From Thermoproteus sp. (GTDB lineage Archaea; Thermoproteota; Thermoprotei; Thermoproteales; Thermoproteaceae), in assembly GCA_049976425.1 (NCBI GenBank), contig JBMFIG010000008.1:1-58255 (forward strand): a DNA stretch of 58,255 bases, read 5' to 3'. Positions 1-8,079 of this stretch are shown in pieces. Below the pieces are notes generated by a model. That model worked only from the letters and a program-made list of their open reading frames with translations, had not been told where the DNA came from and ran no database searches. The position numbers were made by a program, and so were the translations under genes. The number at the start of each line of letters is the position of its first letter. Within the stretch, counting starts at the first letter, position 1.

Positions 1-268
1 GCGTATGTGTCGATCTGCCGATAAGAGCTATGCCTGTGGGTATGTTTATGCCTTTAGAAATATTGTATATGCCGCGTTCGATAAAAACTGTTCCGCTTCC
101 GATGGCGTTCACCGCCTCTTGAATACATGCAGTAGGGCTGTCTCTACATATTATCCTCCCTCCGTAGTCCACCGCGTAGTAGTGCCCTCCTTTGATAAAC
201 ACCTTAAACGACCTAGGTATGTCGACAACGCCGTCGGACGGACCCGCGTACGGGAAGCGGACCGTCAT
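1..268 (-). CDS. Partial (3' end outside window) beta-helix / pectate-lyase-3-like protein, possibly of viral origin
   Basis: Hand translation from ATG at 268: MTVRFPYAGPSDGVVDIPRSFKVFIKGGHYYAVDYGGRIICRDSPTACIQEAVNAIGSGTVFIERGIYNISKGINIPTGIALIGRSTHT... open to the window edge. DSPTACIQEAVNA-GSGTVFIERGIY-I-IP-LIG resembles the N-terminal cap of pectate_lyase_3/tailspike beta-helices. Not in the ORF track. Confidence 0.7.
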   Translation of the reverse strand, partial: MTVRFPYAGPSDGVVDIPRSFKVFIKGGHYYAVDYGGRIICRDSPTACIQEAVNAIGSGTVFIERGIYNISKGINIPTGIALIGRSTHT

Positions 269-343
269 GGCTTCATTATGTTAACCGATACTGTGTAGTA
301 CGCCGATGAGTTGCAGGACGGGCATGAGTATGCGACTAAGTAT
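265..343 (-). pseudogene. C-terminal fragment of a gene truncated at the CRISPR repeat
   Basis: Minus frame YLVAYSCPSCNSSAYYTVSVNIMKP*; its TGA (267-265) overlaps the next ATG (268-266) as ATGA; no plausible start codon for it downstream of the repeat. Confidence 0.5.
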
Positions 344-706
344 CTTTCAATCCTCTTCTTGAGATTCGCCTGTATGTCGACGAGAAGAAAATGGTGAGGA
401 GGGTATGGTGAGCTTTCAATCCTCTTCTTGAGATTCACGATATCGGCCAGGTCGCGCTTCGCGATCTCGTCGGCGATCTTCTTTCAATCCTCTTCTTGAG
501 ATTCTCAGCCGGCGGGGGCCCAAGGGGACGCGGCCCAGCAACAGAACTTTCAATCCTCTTCTTGAGATTCCTGGGCGAGTAGAAGTAGCTGGGGTATGCT
601 GAGTACAGGTACGGACTTTCAATCCTCTTCTTGAGATTCTTGCCAGGCTACACGTCTGACGCCTGGATCATCATAGACCAAGCTTTCAATCCTCTTCTTG
701 AGATTC
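344..706 (-). CRISPR. CRISPR array: 6 identical 24-bp repeats, 5 spacers (45, 44, 42, 45, 43 bp)
   Basis: CTTTCAATCCTCTTCTTGAGATTC at 344, 413, 481, 547, 616 and 683. The minus-strand reading ends in ATTGAAAG, the typical 8-nt crRNA 5' handle; AT-rich leader on the right; cas6 adjacent. Confidence 0.99.
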
Positions 707-1000
707 AGGGTCTTCTGGATGAAGATTTTCTCTGTTTATAAAGGTTTTCTTCTGTATGTTTTTCTGATTTACGCCGTACTCTCTATGTCTGTAAATTCCT
801 TTTTCGATATTGGGAGTGTTCTTGGACTTCCTCCCGGCAGTTGAGCGCCGGGTCGGGATCTCTCGGCGCCGCCGTCCGCCGAGCCTCCGCACGGCGATTT
901 ATAAATGGGACATACGCTTTATGTTTATCTCGACAGCGGGGGAGGAGAAATATATACAGAAGTAGAGCGCGCACTGCACGACGATTTATAAACGCCGAGA
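707..1000 (-). promoter_or_regulatory. CRISPR leader with BRE/TATA promoter
   Basis: AT-rich non-coding sequence; minus strand AGAAAACC-TTTATAAA (TATA 735-742) about 28 bp from the first repeat. The right boundary is approximate. Confidence 0.8.
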
Positions 1001-1141
1001 ATCGGCTTTCGTCATCCCGTCGGTCCGGCCGGGCGGCGGTGGGCCTTCCATCTGCGCGCGGCCGGGCTCGCTCGGGTCCCAGCCCTCGGCCGGATCCTCG
1101 ACCGCGGTCCGTCCGGGATCCCGTCTCTCAAGCGCCTCGTG

Positions 1142-1924
1142 TCAGGCGGGCCGGCTGGGGCAGTCGAGGGGGGTTGCCTTGACGGCGCCGAGGCCCATGC
1201 CTCTCCCCGTGCCTACGTTGAAGGTCTCCATGAGCCTTATGGCTCTCCACATGTCGGCTGTCCTCCTCTTTCCGAAGGCGCGGTATAGGGCCCACCCGAC
1301 GAAGCCTCTCGCCAGGCCTCCGTTGGGCATCTCGACGGTCTTCACGCACTTGCCGAAGCACCCGAAGTCGGTGAGCGCCACGTAGGTGTGGACCCATTTC
1401 AGGAAGGGCGCCCCCAGCCTCACGAGGCCGAGCGCCCTGCCGTGCCTCACGGCGGACTTGAAGAGGTTTAGGGGCCTCGGCGTGAAGTCGAAGAGGGCCC
1501 GCCTCCTCTTGTAGAGCGGCCTTACGGCGAATCTCGTCGGCGACAGGAACTCCAGCTTGAAGCACTGCGTAGTGGGGAGGTCCAGGAACGCGTTTCTGAC
1601 CTCCACCTCCTCGACCGCGAGCCTCTTGCCGAATAGCTCCACGCCCTTCCCCGCCACGCCGTCGACCAGCCTCCACGCCATCTCCTCCGAGGCAAGCCCG
1701 AAGGAGAGCTCCACGAGATCTCCCGGGGCTATGGCGGCTTTGTCCACGACGGGTCTGCCGTTGTGGAATATGGGCTTTGCCGAGAACGGCTTGGGCCTCG
1801 CGTCGTGTAGCCCCTCGCCGAGGTGTTTGAGGGCCACGGCCTCGGCCACCGTGCCGGTGAAGCCGACGACGGCTATGGGGTCGACCGCCCTCGCCACGAC
1901 CCTCACCATGTAGGGCTCCGACAT
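1142..1924 (-). CDS. cas6: CRISPR-associated endoribonuclease Cas6
   Basis: 260 aa; KPFS, FLSPTRF, RGFVGW and C-terminal Gly-rich loop NVGTGRGMGLGAV; next to the array leader. Confidence 0.93.
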   Translation of the reverse strand: MSEPYMVRVVARAVDPIAVVGFTGTVAEAVALKHLGEGLHDARPKPFSAKPIFHNGRPVVDKAAIAPGDLVELSFGLASEEMAWRLVDGVAGKGVELFGKRLAVEEVEVRNAFLDLPTTQCFKLEFLSPTRFAVRPLYKRRRALFDFTPRPLNLFKSAVRHGRALGLVRLGAPFLKWVHTYVALTDFGCFGKCVKTVEMPNGGLARGFVGWALYRAFGKRRTADMWRAIRLMETFNVGTGRGMGLGAVKATPLDCPSRPA

Positions 1925-1977
1925 GGGCTATACGCCTCCCCTCGATATAAAGTTGAGCGCGGGCCGCCTCCGGGCGG

Positions 1978-3129
1978 CTAGGGGCCGAACTTCTCCAGGA
2001 ATCTGTATATGGTGTTCATTATGACCTCGTTGGCCCCCTCGTATATCTCGGTGGCCTTGGCGTCTCTGTAGAGCATCTCGACCTTGGAGTCTGTGGAGTA
2101 GCCGAAGCCTCCCATGACCTGCATGGCGGTCCTAGTGGCGTCGACCGCCAGGCGGGACGCCAGCACTTTGGCGAGCTGCGCGTACATGGGGAATGCGGGG
2201 TCCTTCGTGTCCCTATACAGCGCGGCGGTGTAGACCACGTGCTTGACGGCCTCGGTCTGGGCGTGTATGTTGGCGAGGTAGTGCTGGACTATCTGGAAGT
2301 CGGCGATGGGCCTCCCGAAGGCCGTGCGCTTCTTGGTGTAGGCGTAGGCCTCGGCGAAGGCGGCCTCGGCTATGCCCAGCCCTATGGCGCCTACGCAGGT
2401 CCTGCCGTTGTTCAAGTCGTCCAGCACCACCTGGAACCCCTCGTTGAGCTTGCCCACAAGGGCCTCGTCGCCCACTCTGCAGTCGTTGAGCTTGACCTCG
2501 GCGGTGCCCGTGCCGTGGACGCCCATGACCTTGACCGGCGAAACCTCGACGCACGACGACCTCTCGACGAGGAACAGGCTTATGGACTTGTGCCTCAGCT
2601 CGGGCGGCCCCGTCCTGGCGGCCACCAGGTAGGCGTCTGCGTACAGGCCGGACGTTATCCACAGCTTCACGCCGTTTATGGCCCACTCCCCTCCCCTCTT
2701 CTCGGCCCTCGTCTGTATCGCGGCGGCGTCGGAGCCGCAGCAGGGCTCCGATAGGGCGAAGGCGATTATCTTCCGCCCCTTGGCCGCGTCCTCGAGCCAC
2801 CTCTCCCTCGTCTGCTCGCTGGCGTAGTGGTAGAGGTTCCAGGTTATCATGGAGCCCTGCACCTCCATCACGGTGGCGAGCGCAGGGCTGGCCTTGGCTA
2901 TCTCCTCCACCGCCACGACCATGCTCCTGAAGTCTAGGCCGGCGCCGCCGTATTCCTGCGGTATGTGGGGGGCCAGGAGGCCCAGCTCGCCCATCTCCCT
3001 GAGGAGCTCGCGGGGGTACTCGCCCTCGTCTATCCGCCTCGCGAGGGGGGCGACCCTCCTCTCGGCGAATTCCCTCGCCGTCTTCCTCACGAGGGAGTGC
3101 TCCTCGGAGAGCTGGGGGTAGCTATACAT
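1978..3129 (-). CDS. Acyl-CoA dehydrogenase
   Basis: FALSEPCCGSDA, NGVKLWIT, GGFGY, IYEGANEV motifs. Confidence 0.96.
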   Translation of the reverse strand: MYSYPQLSEEHSLVRKTAREFAERRVAPLARRIDEGEYPRELLREMGELGLLAPHIPQEYGGAGLDFRSMVVAVEEIAKASPALATVMEVQGSMITWNLYHYASEQTRERWLEDAAKGRKIIAFALSEPCCGSDAAAIQTRAEKRGGEWAINGVKLWITSGLYADAYLVAARTGPPELRHKSISLFLVERSSCVEVSPVKVMGVHGTGTAEVKLNDCRVGDEALVGKLNEGFQVVLDDLNNGRTCVGAIGLGIAEAAFAEAYAYTKKRTAFGRPIADFQIVQHYLANIHAQTEAVKHVVYTAALYRDTKDPAFPMYAQLAKVLASRLAVDATRTAMQVMGGFGYSTDSKVEMLYRDAKATEIYEGANEVIMNTIYRFLEKFGP

Positions 3130-4339
3130 AGTCCTTCCCCACCACGTTCCTGGCTATGATCAGCTTCATTATGTTCTCGGCCCCCTCGGCCCCTACGTAG
3201 TACGAGAGAGTCCCCAGGAGGACCCTCGCCACGTTCGTCTCCTTGAAGTACGAGGCCCCGCCGAACCACTTCATGACCTCCAGCGCCGTCTCGACGGCGA
3301 GGCTCACCGCCAGGTATTTGGCCACGGCGCCGGCCGTCGCTATGTCCTTTATGGAGAAGGCGGGGTCGCCCCTGTATATCCTGTCGGCGATCCACGCCGC
3401 CTTGTAGACGGCCAGCCGCGCGGCCTCGAGCCTCGCGTAGAGCTCGGCGAATTTGAAGGAGACCGCCTGGTACGACGCTATGGGCTTGCCGAAGACGGCC
3501 CTCTGCCTTATCCACTCGAGGCCTCTGTCGAGGAGCCATCTGGCCGCCCCCACCGACGCGGCGCCGATTATGGTCCTCGCGAGGTCGAAGCCCTCCATGG
3601 CTATCTTGAACCCTCCGTTGAGCTCCCCCAACATGAAGCGGTCCTCCACCGGGAGGCCCTCCAGCCTCAAGTACCCCGTCGGGAGGCCGTGGCGCCCGAT
3701 CTCCTCCCAGTCCCTGTGCTCGAAGCCCTCGGCGCGTTGCCCCCTCCTCTTCAGCAACGCTAGGAACACGGTTATGCCTCTGTGTTTGTCCTCGGGGCGC
3801 CCCGTCCTGGTTATGGCCACGAGCCCTCCTCCGTAGGGCAGGTTGAGGATGGTGGTGACGCCCGTCACCATGTTCTTCTCCCCGTAGAGCCTCCAGACCC
3901 CGCCGTCTCTCACGGCCTTCGTCTGGAAAGAAGCCACGTCGCTGCCGCCCTGCGGCTCGGTGGAGCCTATCCCTATAAAGGCCCTCCCCCTCGCCACCTC
4001 GGGCAGGACCTCCTCCTTGACCTCGTCCCTCCCGTACCTCTGCACTATGAAGGGCCAGGCGGTCTCCAGCAGGACGTAGACCGGCGTGGCCAGGGAGGGG
4101 TCGGCGTAGGCCAGCTCCTCGACCGCGAGCGCCGCCTGGAGGAACGTGCCGTCCTGCCCGCCGTATTTAGAGCTGAGGGGGATCCCCAGAAGGCCCGCCT
4201 CGCCCAGCCTCGCCGCGACCTCCTCTATGGGCCACCGCTTCTCGTCTATGTCGACCCACCTAGGCGCTATCTCCCTCTCCGCAAAAGCCCTCACCGACTC
4301 CAGGAACATCTTGTCTTCTCCGGATATTGAGAACTCCAT
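3122..4339 (-). CDS. Acyl-CoA dehydrogenase
   Basis: STEPQGGSDV, RAVFGKPIASYQ, AEGAENI motifs; overlaps the downstream paralog by 8 bp. Confidence 0.95.
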   Translation of the reverse strand: MEFSISGEDKMFLESVRAFAEREIAPRWVDIDEKRWPIEEVAARLGEAGLLGIPLSSKYGGQDGTFLQAALAVEELAYADPSLATPVYVLLETAWPFIVQRYGRDEVKEEVLPEVARGRAFIGIGSTEPQGGSDVASFQTKAVRDGGVWRLYGEKNMVTGVTTILNLPYGGGLVAITRTGRPEDKHRGITVFLALLKRRGQRAEGFEHRDWEEIGRHGLPTGYLRLEGLPVEDRFMLGELNGGFKIAMEGFDLARTIIGAASVGAARWLLDRGLEWIRQRAVFGKPIASYQAVSFKFAELYARLEAARLAVYKAAWIADRIYRGDPAFSIKDIATAGAVAKYLAVSLAVETALEVMKWFGGASYFKETNVARVLLGTLSYYVGAEGAENIMKLIIARNVVGKDYV

Positions 4340-4750
4340 AGGCTATAGATAAGGCTCGTTAATAAAGATGGAGCGCATAGGCGAGGGCTGTCGAACGCGC
4401 GGAGCCGTCGTCGAGGCGGAGTAGAGAGGCAACGTCGCGCGGCGACAGAGGCCTGCCGCCGGCCCGCCGCGAGGCCAGGGCGCATCTAGAGTTGCGGGAT
4501 ATGGAGGCAGACGCCAAGCGGATCCCGCGCACGCCTCCGAGGGGGCTCCGCAAGCGGCCGTCTCGAGCTCCCGAGGCCGAGGAGGCGGCGCGGGCGGGAG
4601 TCCGGCTCCTCTTCTCGGCCTGTCGCTGGGGGCCGAGCTCAGGCCGGCCTTAGCCGGTGGGCTGGTCTGCACGTGGAGGGCTTTTCGCGGAGCCCGCCTA
4701 TCGGCGCGGCCGGCGCCGCGGTCTGCGGAGGCCTGCGCGAGCCGCCGGCC

Positions 4751-5101
4751 TCACGGCTCGGCTCTCCTGAAGACGTACCACCGCCCCGGCGGCCTCCCTA
4801 TCTCGATCACTCGCCACTCGACCTCGTCGCCTATCTCCACAGGCCCCTCGACGCGGCCCGGCACCTTGAAGCCGCCGAACTGCGCCACGGCCACGTAGTA
4901 GGGAGGTTCGTAGAGGCCGTTGGAGACGTGGACCTCGCTGTACGTGAGGACGGTCCCCCTCCTCGGCACGTCGACCGTCTGCATATCGCCTCTGCATCTG
5001 GGGCATATGGGGATAGGCGGGAAGTGGTAGGCGCCGCATCTGGGGCAGTACGAGCCGACGAGCCTCCCCTCGGCGAGGGCCTTGAACAACGCGCTGGTCA
5101 T
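4751..5101 (-). CDS. DUF35 family Zn-ribbon/OB-fold protein (thiolase partner)
   Basis: CPRCG...CPRC Zn ribbon followed by an OB fold; ATGA-coupled to the thiolase. Confidence 0.92.
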   Translation of the reverse strand: MTSALFKALAEGRLVGSYCPRCGAYHFPPIPICPRCRGDMQTVDVPRRGTVLTYSEVHVSNGLYEPPYYVAVAQFGGFKVPGRVEGPVEIGDEVEWRVIEIGRPPGRWYVFRRAEP

Positions 5102-6237
5102 ACCGCCAGTATGTGGACCACGGCCGTCGAGTTGACGCCGCCTTCGTTGACGGCTATCCCCAGCTCGGCGTTGGTGGACCTCTTCCCGGCCCTCCCCGTT
5201 AGCTGGAGGTACAGCTCGTATATCTGGGCCAGGCCGGTGGCCCCTATGGGGTGTCCCCTAGCCTTGAGGCCTCCGTCGGGGTTGACGGGTATCTTGCCCC
5301 CTATATAGGTCTGGCCCTCCCTTATCAGCAGATGCCCCTTCCCCCTCTCGGCGAAGCCCAAGGCCTCGTACATCAATATCTCGTTTATGGTGAAGGCGTC
5401 GTGGACCTCGGCGACCTGCACGTCGCCCGGCCCCACGCCGGCCTGTCTGTAGGCCCTCTGCGCCGCCTCCCAGACAGCCGCGGGCCACGTCATGTCGTCC
5501 CTTTGGGACGCGCTCAAGGTGTCCGTGGCCACGGCCGAGGCCAGGATCTTCACGGGCGTGTCGGTCAGCCTCCTCGCGGCCCTCTCGGAGGCCACCACGG
5601 CCACCGCGGCGCCGTCGCTTATGGGGGCGGAGTCGTAGAGCTTGAGGGGGGTGGCCACCGGCTTGCTGTTGAGGCAGTCCTCGACCGTGATGGCCTTCCT
5701 GAAATGGGCCTTGGGGTTGTCGAGGGCGTGTCTGTGGTTCTTCACGGCGACCGCGCACAGATCCTCCTCGGTGGCGCCGTACTGGCGCATGTACCTCCTG
5801 GCTATGAGGGCGTAGTGGGCGGGTATGGTGACGCCGCTGAGCTGGTCCACTATATCGCTCGCCGCCATCAACGCGTCGGTGACCTCCTCCGTGGACTTCG
5901 CCGTCATCTTCTCGACGCCTACGGCCAGAGCCACGTCGACGAGGCCGGACCTCACGGCCATCACTGCGTTGTGGAGGGCCAGAGCCCCGGCGGCCGCGCA
6001 GGCCTCCACTCTGTAGGCCTCCTTGGGCAGCAGGCCCAGGGCCTCCGCCGCCAACGCGCCGTACATTATCTGGTGCTCGTAGACCTCGGACTGGACGCCC
6101 ACGTAGACGGCCTCTATGGACGAGGGGTCGACCGCGTCTAGGACCTCCTTGAACGCCTCGACGATCAGCTCGCGCGACGTCTCCTCCCGCCTCCCTATCC
6201 TAGACATGCCGGCCGCCACGAGGTATGCCAAGACCAC
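5098..6237 (-). CDS. Thiolase (SCP2/archaeal type acetyl-CoA C-acyltransferase)
   Basis: VGVEKM, SDGAA, EVHDAF and GHPIGATG motifs; GTG start. Confidence 0.93.
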   Translation of the reverse strand: MVLAYLVAAGMSRIGRREETSRELIVEAFKEVLDAVDPSSIEAVYVGVQSEVYEHQIMYGALAAEALGLLPKEAYRVEACAAAGALALHNAVMAVRSGLVDVALAVGVEKMTAKSTEEVTDALMAASDIVDQLSGVTIPAHYALIARRYMRQYGATEEDLCAVAVKNHRHALDNPKAHFRKAITVEDCLNSKPVATPLKLYDSAPISDGAAVAVVASERAARRLTDTPVKILASAVATDTLSASQRDDMTWPAAVWEAAQRAYRQAGVGPGDVQVAEVHDAFTINEILMYEALGFAERGKGHLLIREGQTYIGGKIPVNPDGGLKARGHPIGATGLAQIYELYLQLTGRAGKRSTNAELGIAVNEGGVNSTAVVHILAV

Positions 6238-6259
6238 GTACGCGCCGGCTCCTCCCTTT

Positions 6260-6454
6260 TTAAGGCTTGCAGAGCGACCTCAGCGCGTCGGGCCTCAAGA
6301 GATCCCTTATGGATACCACGCCGTAGAGCCTCCCGCCTTCCACCAAGACGAGGAGGCCTATACGCCTCTTGGCCATTATGGAGGCGGCCTCCCTTATGGT
6401 TATGCCGGGCTCGGCGGTTATGGGCGGCCTGCTGGCTATGGCCCCCACCTTCAT
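6260..6454 (-). CDS. Single-CBS-domain protein (64 aa), possibly an internally deleted CBS pair
   Basis: [53 protein letters not shown]...; ATG at 6454 overlaps the upstream TGA. Confidence 0.8.
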   Translation of the reverse strand: MKVGAIASRPPITAEPGITIREAASIMAKRRIGLLVLVEGGRLYGVVSIRDLLRPDALRSLCKP

Positions 6455-7953
6455 CTCTCCGCCTCCGCCGGTCTGTGGGGCTCGGCCTTGGCGTCGGCCG
6501 GCGCCTCCGCCTTCAGCCCCGCCAGCCTCCTCGCGATGGCCTCGGCCCTCTGCAGGTCGTAGATCCTCTGGATCGATATGCGCTGGGCCTGCGGACTGCC
6601 CGCGCCGTGGACCGACTCGATCAGATAGGCTACGCTCAAGCTCGTGTTCTCGAGGAGGCGGAGGAGCCTTAGCCTCTCCTCGGCCGGGAACTCGGGGACT
6701 CCCTGTAGGTACTTCTCCAGGAGAGGCCTCAGCTCGGGGTTCTTGAAGTCGGCCTCGCTGGGGGCCGTGCCGAGGAGGCCGCCGGCTATGTCGTGGGCCA
6801 GGCGGGATATCTCGTAGGGGAACCTGGCCACCAGATGCTTCGTGATGTTGGCGTACATGGGGTTGACCCACCACCCCCCGTCCTTCAACAGCCTCCTCGC
6901 CTCCCAGCTCGCGGCGAGGCCGGCGGAGTACATGGCCTCGTTGAGGAACGCCATTTCCGTCAGCTTCTCCTGGACGTGCGGCTTGTCTGCGACGCCCAGC
7001 TGCCTCGCGAGGCCGTAGGAGGCGCCTATTATCACGTCGCCGAGGCCCGACTTACAGCCGGCGTAGCCCTGTCTGTGGTAGTTGGAGAAGATCTCGACGA
7101 ACTGGGACGCCCACCTCCATTCCCTGTACAAGAACACCCTCTCCCAAGGGACGAAGACGTCGTCCAGTATCAGAAGCCCTTCGTGGTTGAAGGCGTAGGG
7201 CAGGCCGTCTATCTCCCCGCCCTCGAGCCTCCTCGCGTCGTTCAACTGCCTGCCGACGACCACCTTCACGCCCGGCGTGTCTAGAGGTATGGCGAAAGAC
7301 ACGGCGTATTCGGCGTCTTTCTCGGTCATGGCCCTAGTCGGCATGACGACCACCTCGTCCACCACGGCGACGCCCGTGATGTTGGCCTTGGCCCCCCTCA
7401 CCACTATCCCGCCGGCCCTCTCCTCGACCACGTGGACGTACGCGTCTCTGTTGGGCTGCTCGCTGGGCCTCAACGTCCTGACGCCCTTCACGTCGGTCAT
7501 GGCGCCGGCGAGCGCCAGATCCCTCCTCTGGACGTATTTGAGGTATTCGAGGAATCTGTCGCGGTACTCCTTCCTCCCCTCCCTCTCCGCAATCTTGCCG
7601 GTGATTATGTAGAGCGTGTTGAGGGCGTCCCACCCCACGCAACGCTGGAAGCATGTGCCGACCTTGTGGCTCAGCTTCCTCAAGAGCTTCACCTTCGCCA
7701 CGAGGTCCTCGGGGCCTTGGTGGATGTGGACGAACCTATTGACCTCCTCCCCTATGAAGGGGCTGTAGGCCCTCGCGAGGCCCCTCGTGTCCTCCTCGAA
7801 GGCCGCGTCGAAGGTGGCCTTGAAGGCCTTCACCGACGGCTTGAGGAACGGGTGAGCCGTCACGTCGTCGACCTTCTTCCCGAGGACGAAGACCTCCACG
7901 TGTTTCCTATCCCTAAGCCCCTCCACGTACTGGTCGCCGGTTCTGAGCCCCAT
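6451..7953 (-). CDS. abfD: 4-hydroxybutyryl-CoA dehydratase (HpaB/AbfD family)
   Basis: [10 protein letters not shown] and HRQGYAGCK supply the Cx3C and Hx6C [4Fe-4S] ligands; AMTDVKG; HGAGSPQAQ. Confidence 0.9.
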   Translation of the reverse strand: MGLRTGDQYVEGLRDRKHVEVFVLGKKVDDVTAHPFLKPSVKAFKATFDAAFEEDTRGLARAYSPFIGEEVNRFVHIHQGPEDLVAKVKLLRKLSHKVGTCFQRCVGWDALNTLYIITGKIAEREGRKEYRDRFLEYLKYVQRRDLALAGAMTDVKGVRTLRPSEQPNRDAYVHVVEERAGGIVVRGAKANITGVAVVDEVVVMPTRAMTEKDAEYAVSFAIPLDTPGVKVVVGRQLNDARRLEGGEIDGLPYAFNHEGLLILDDVFVPWERVFLYREWRWASQFVEIFSNYHRQGYAGCKSGLGDVIIGASYGLARQLGVADKPHVQEKLTEMAFLNEAMYSAGLAASWEARRLLKDGGWWVNPMYANITKHLVARFPYEISRLAHDIAGGLLGTAPSEADFKNPELRPLLEKYLQGVPEFPAEERLRLLRLLENTSLSVAYLIESVHGAGSPQAQRISIQRIYDLQRAEAIARRLAGLKAEAPADAKAEPHRPAEAER

Positions 7954-8079
7954 ACGGCCCGATATTGCTCTATTTATAAATTTTATTCATATACATATTT
8001 TTATAATTTTAAATAATTATAAAATTCTAAAACGCATATATGTAAAATAAGACTTATAAATTGATAGATCCGAGCGGCC
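7954..8079. promoter_or_regulatory. Very AT-rich divergent promoter with a 10-bp inverted repeat (7999-8024)
   Basis: TATA boxes at about 7973-7980 (minus) and about 8053-8060 (plus); TTTTATAATT-N6-AATTATAAAA between them. Confidence 0.75.

Noticed and set aside
5-298. 97-aa plus-strand ORF
   Set aside because: Antisense shadow of the minus-strand beta-helix gene, which has recognisable motifs.
271-300. Possible degenerate seventh CRISPR repeat
   Set aside because: Only CTTCA resembles the repeat; the rest does not align.
416-974. Short ORFs across the array and leader
   Set aside because: Translations of CRISPR repeats, spacers and leader (recurring ESQEED / ISRRGLK).
4343-4750. About 400-bp GC-rich gap with several short ORFs
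   Set aside because: No recognisable motif, RNA boxes or consistent frame. It may be a decayed gene, but I cannot support a call.
6451-7953. Interpretation as 4-hydroxyphenylacetate 3-monooxygenase
   Set aside because: It retains the Cys/Cys/His/Cys Fe-S ligands typical of the dehydratase and sits in an acyl-CoA context.
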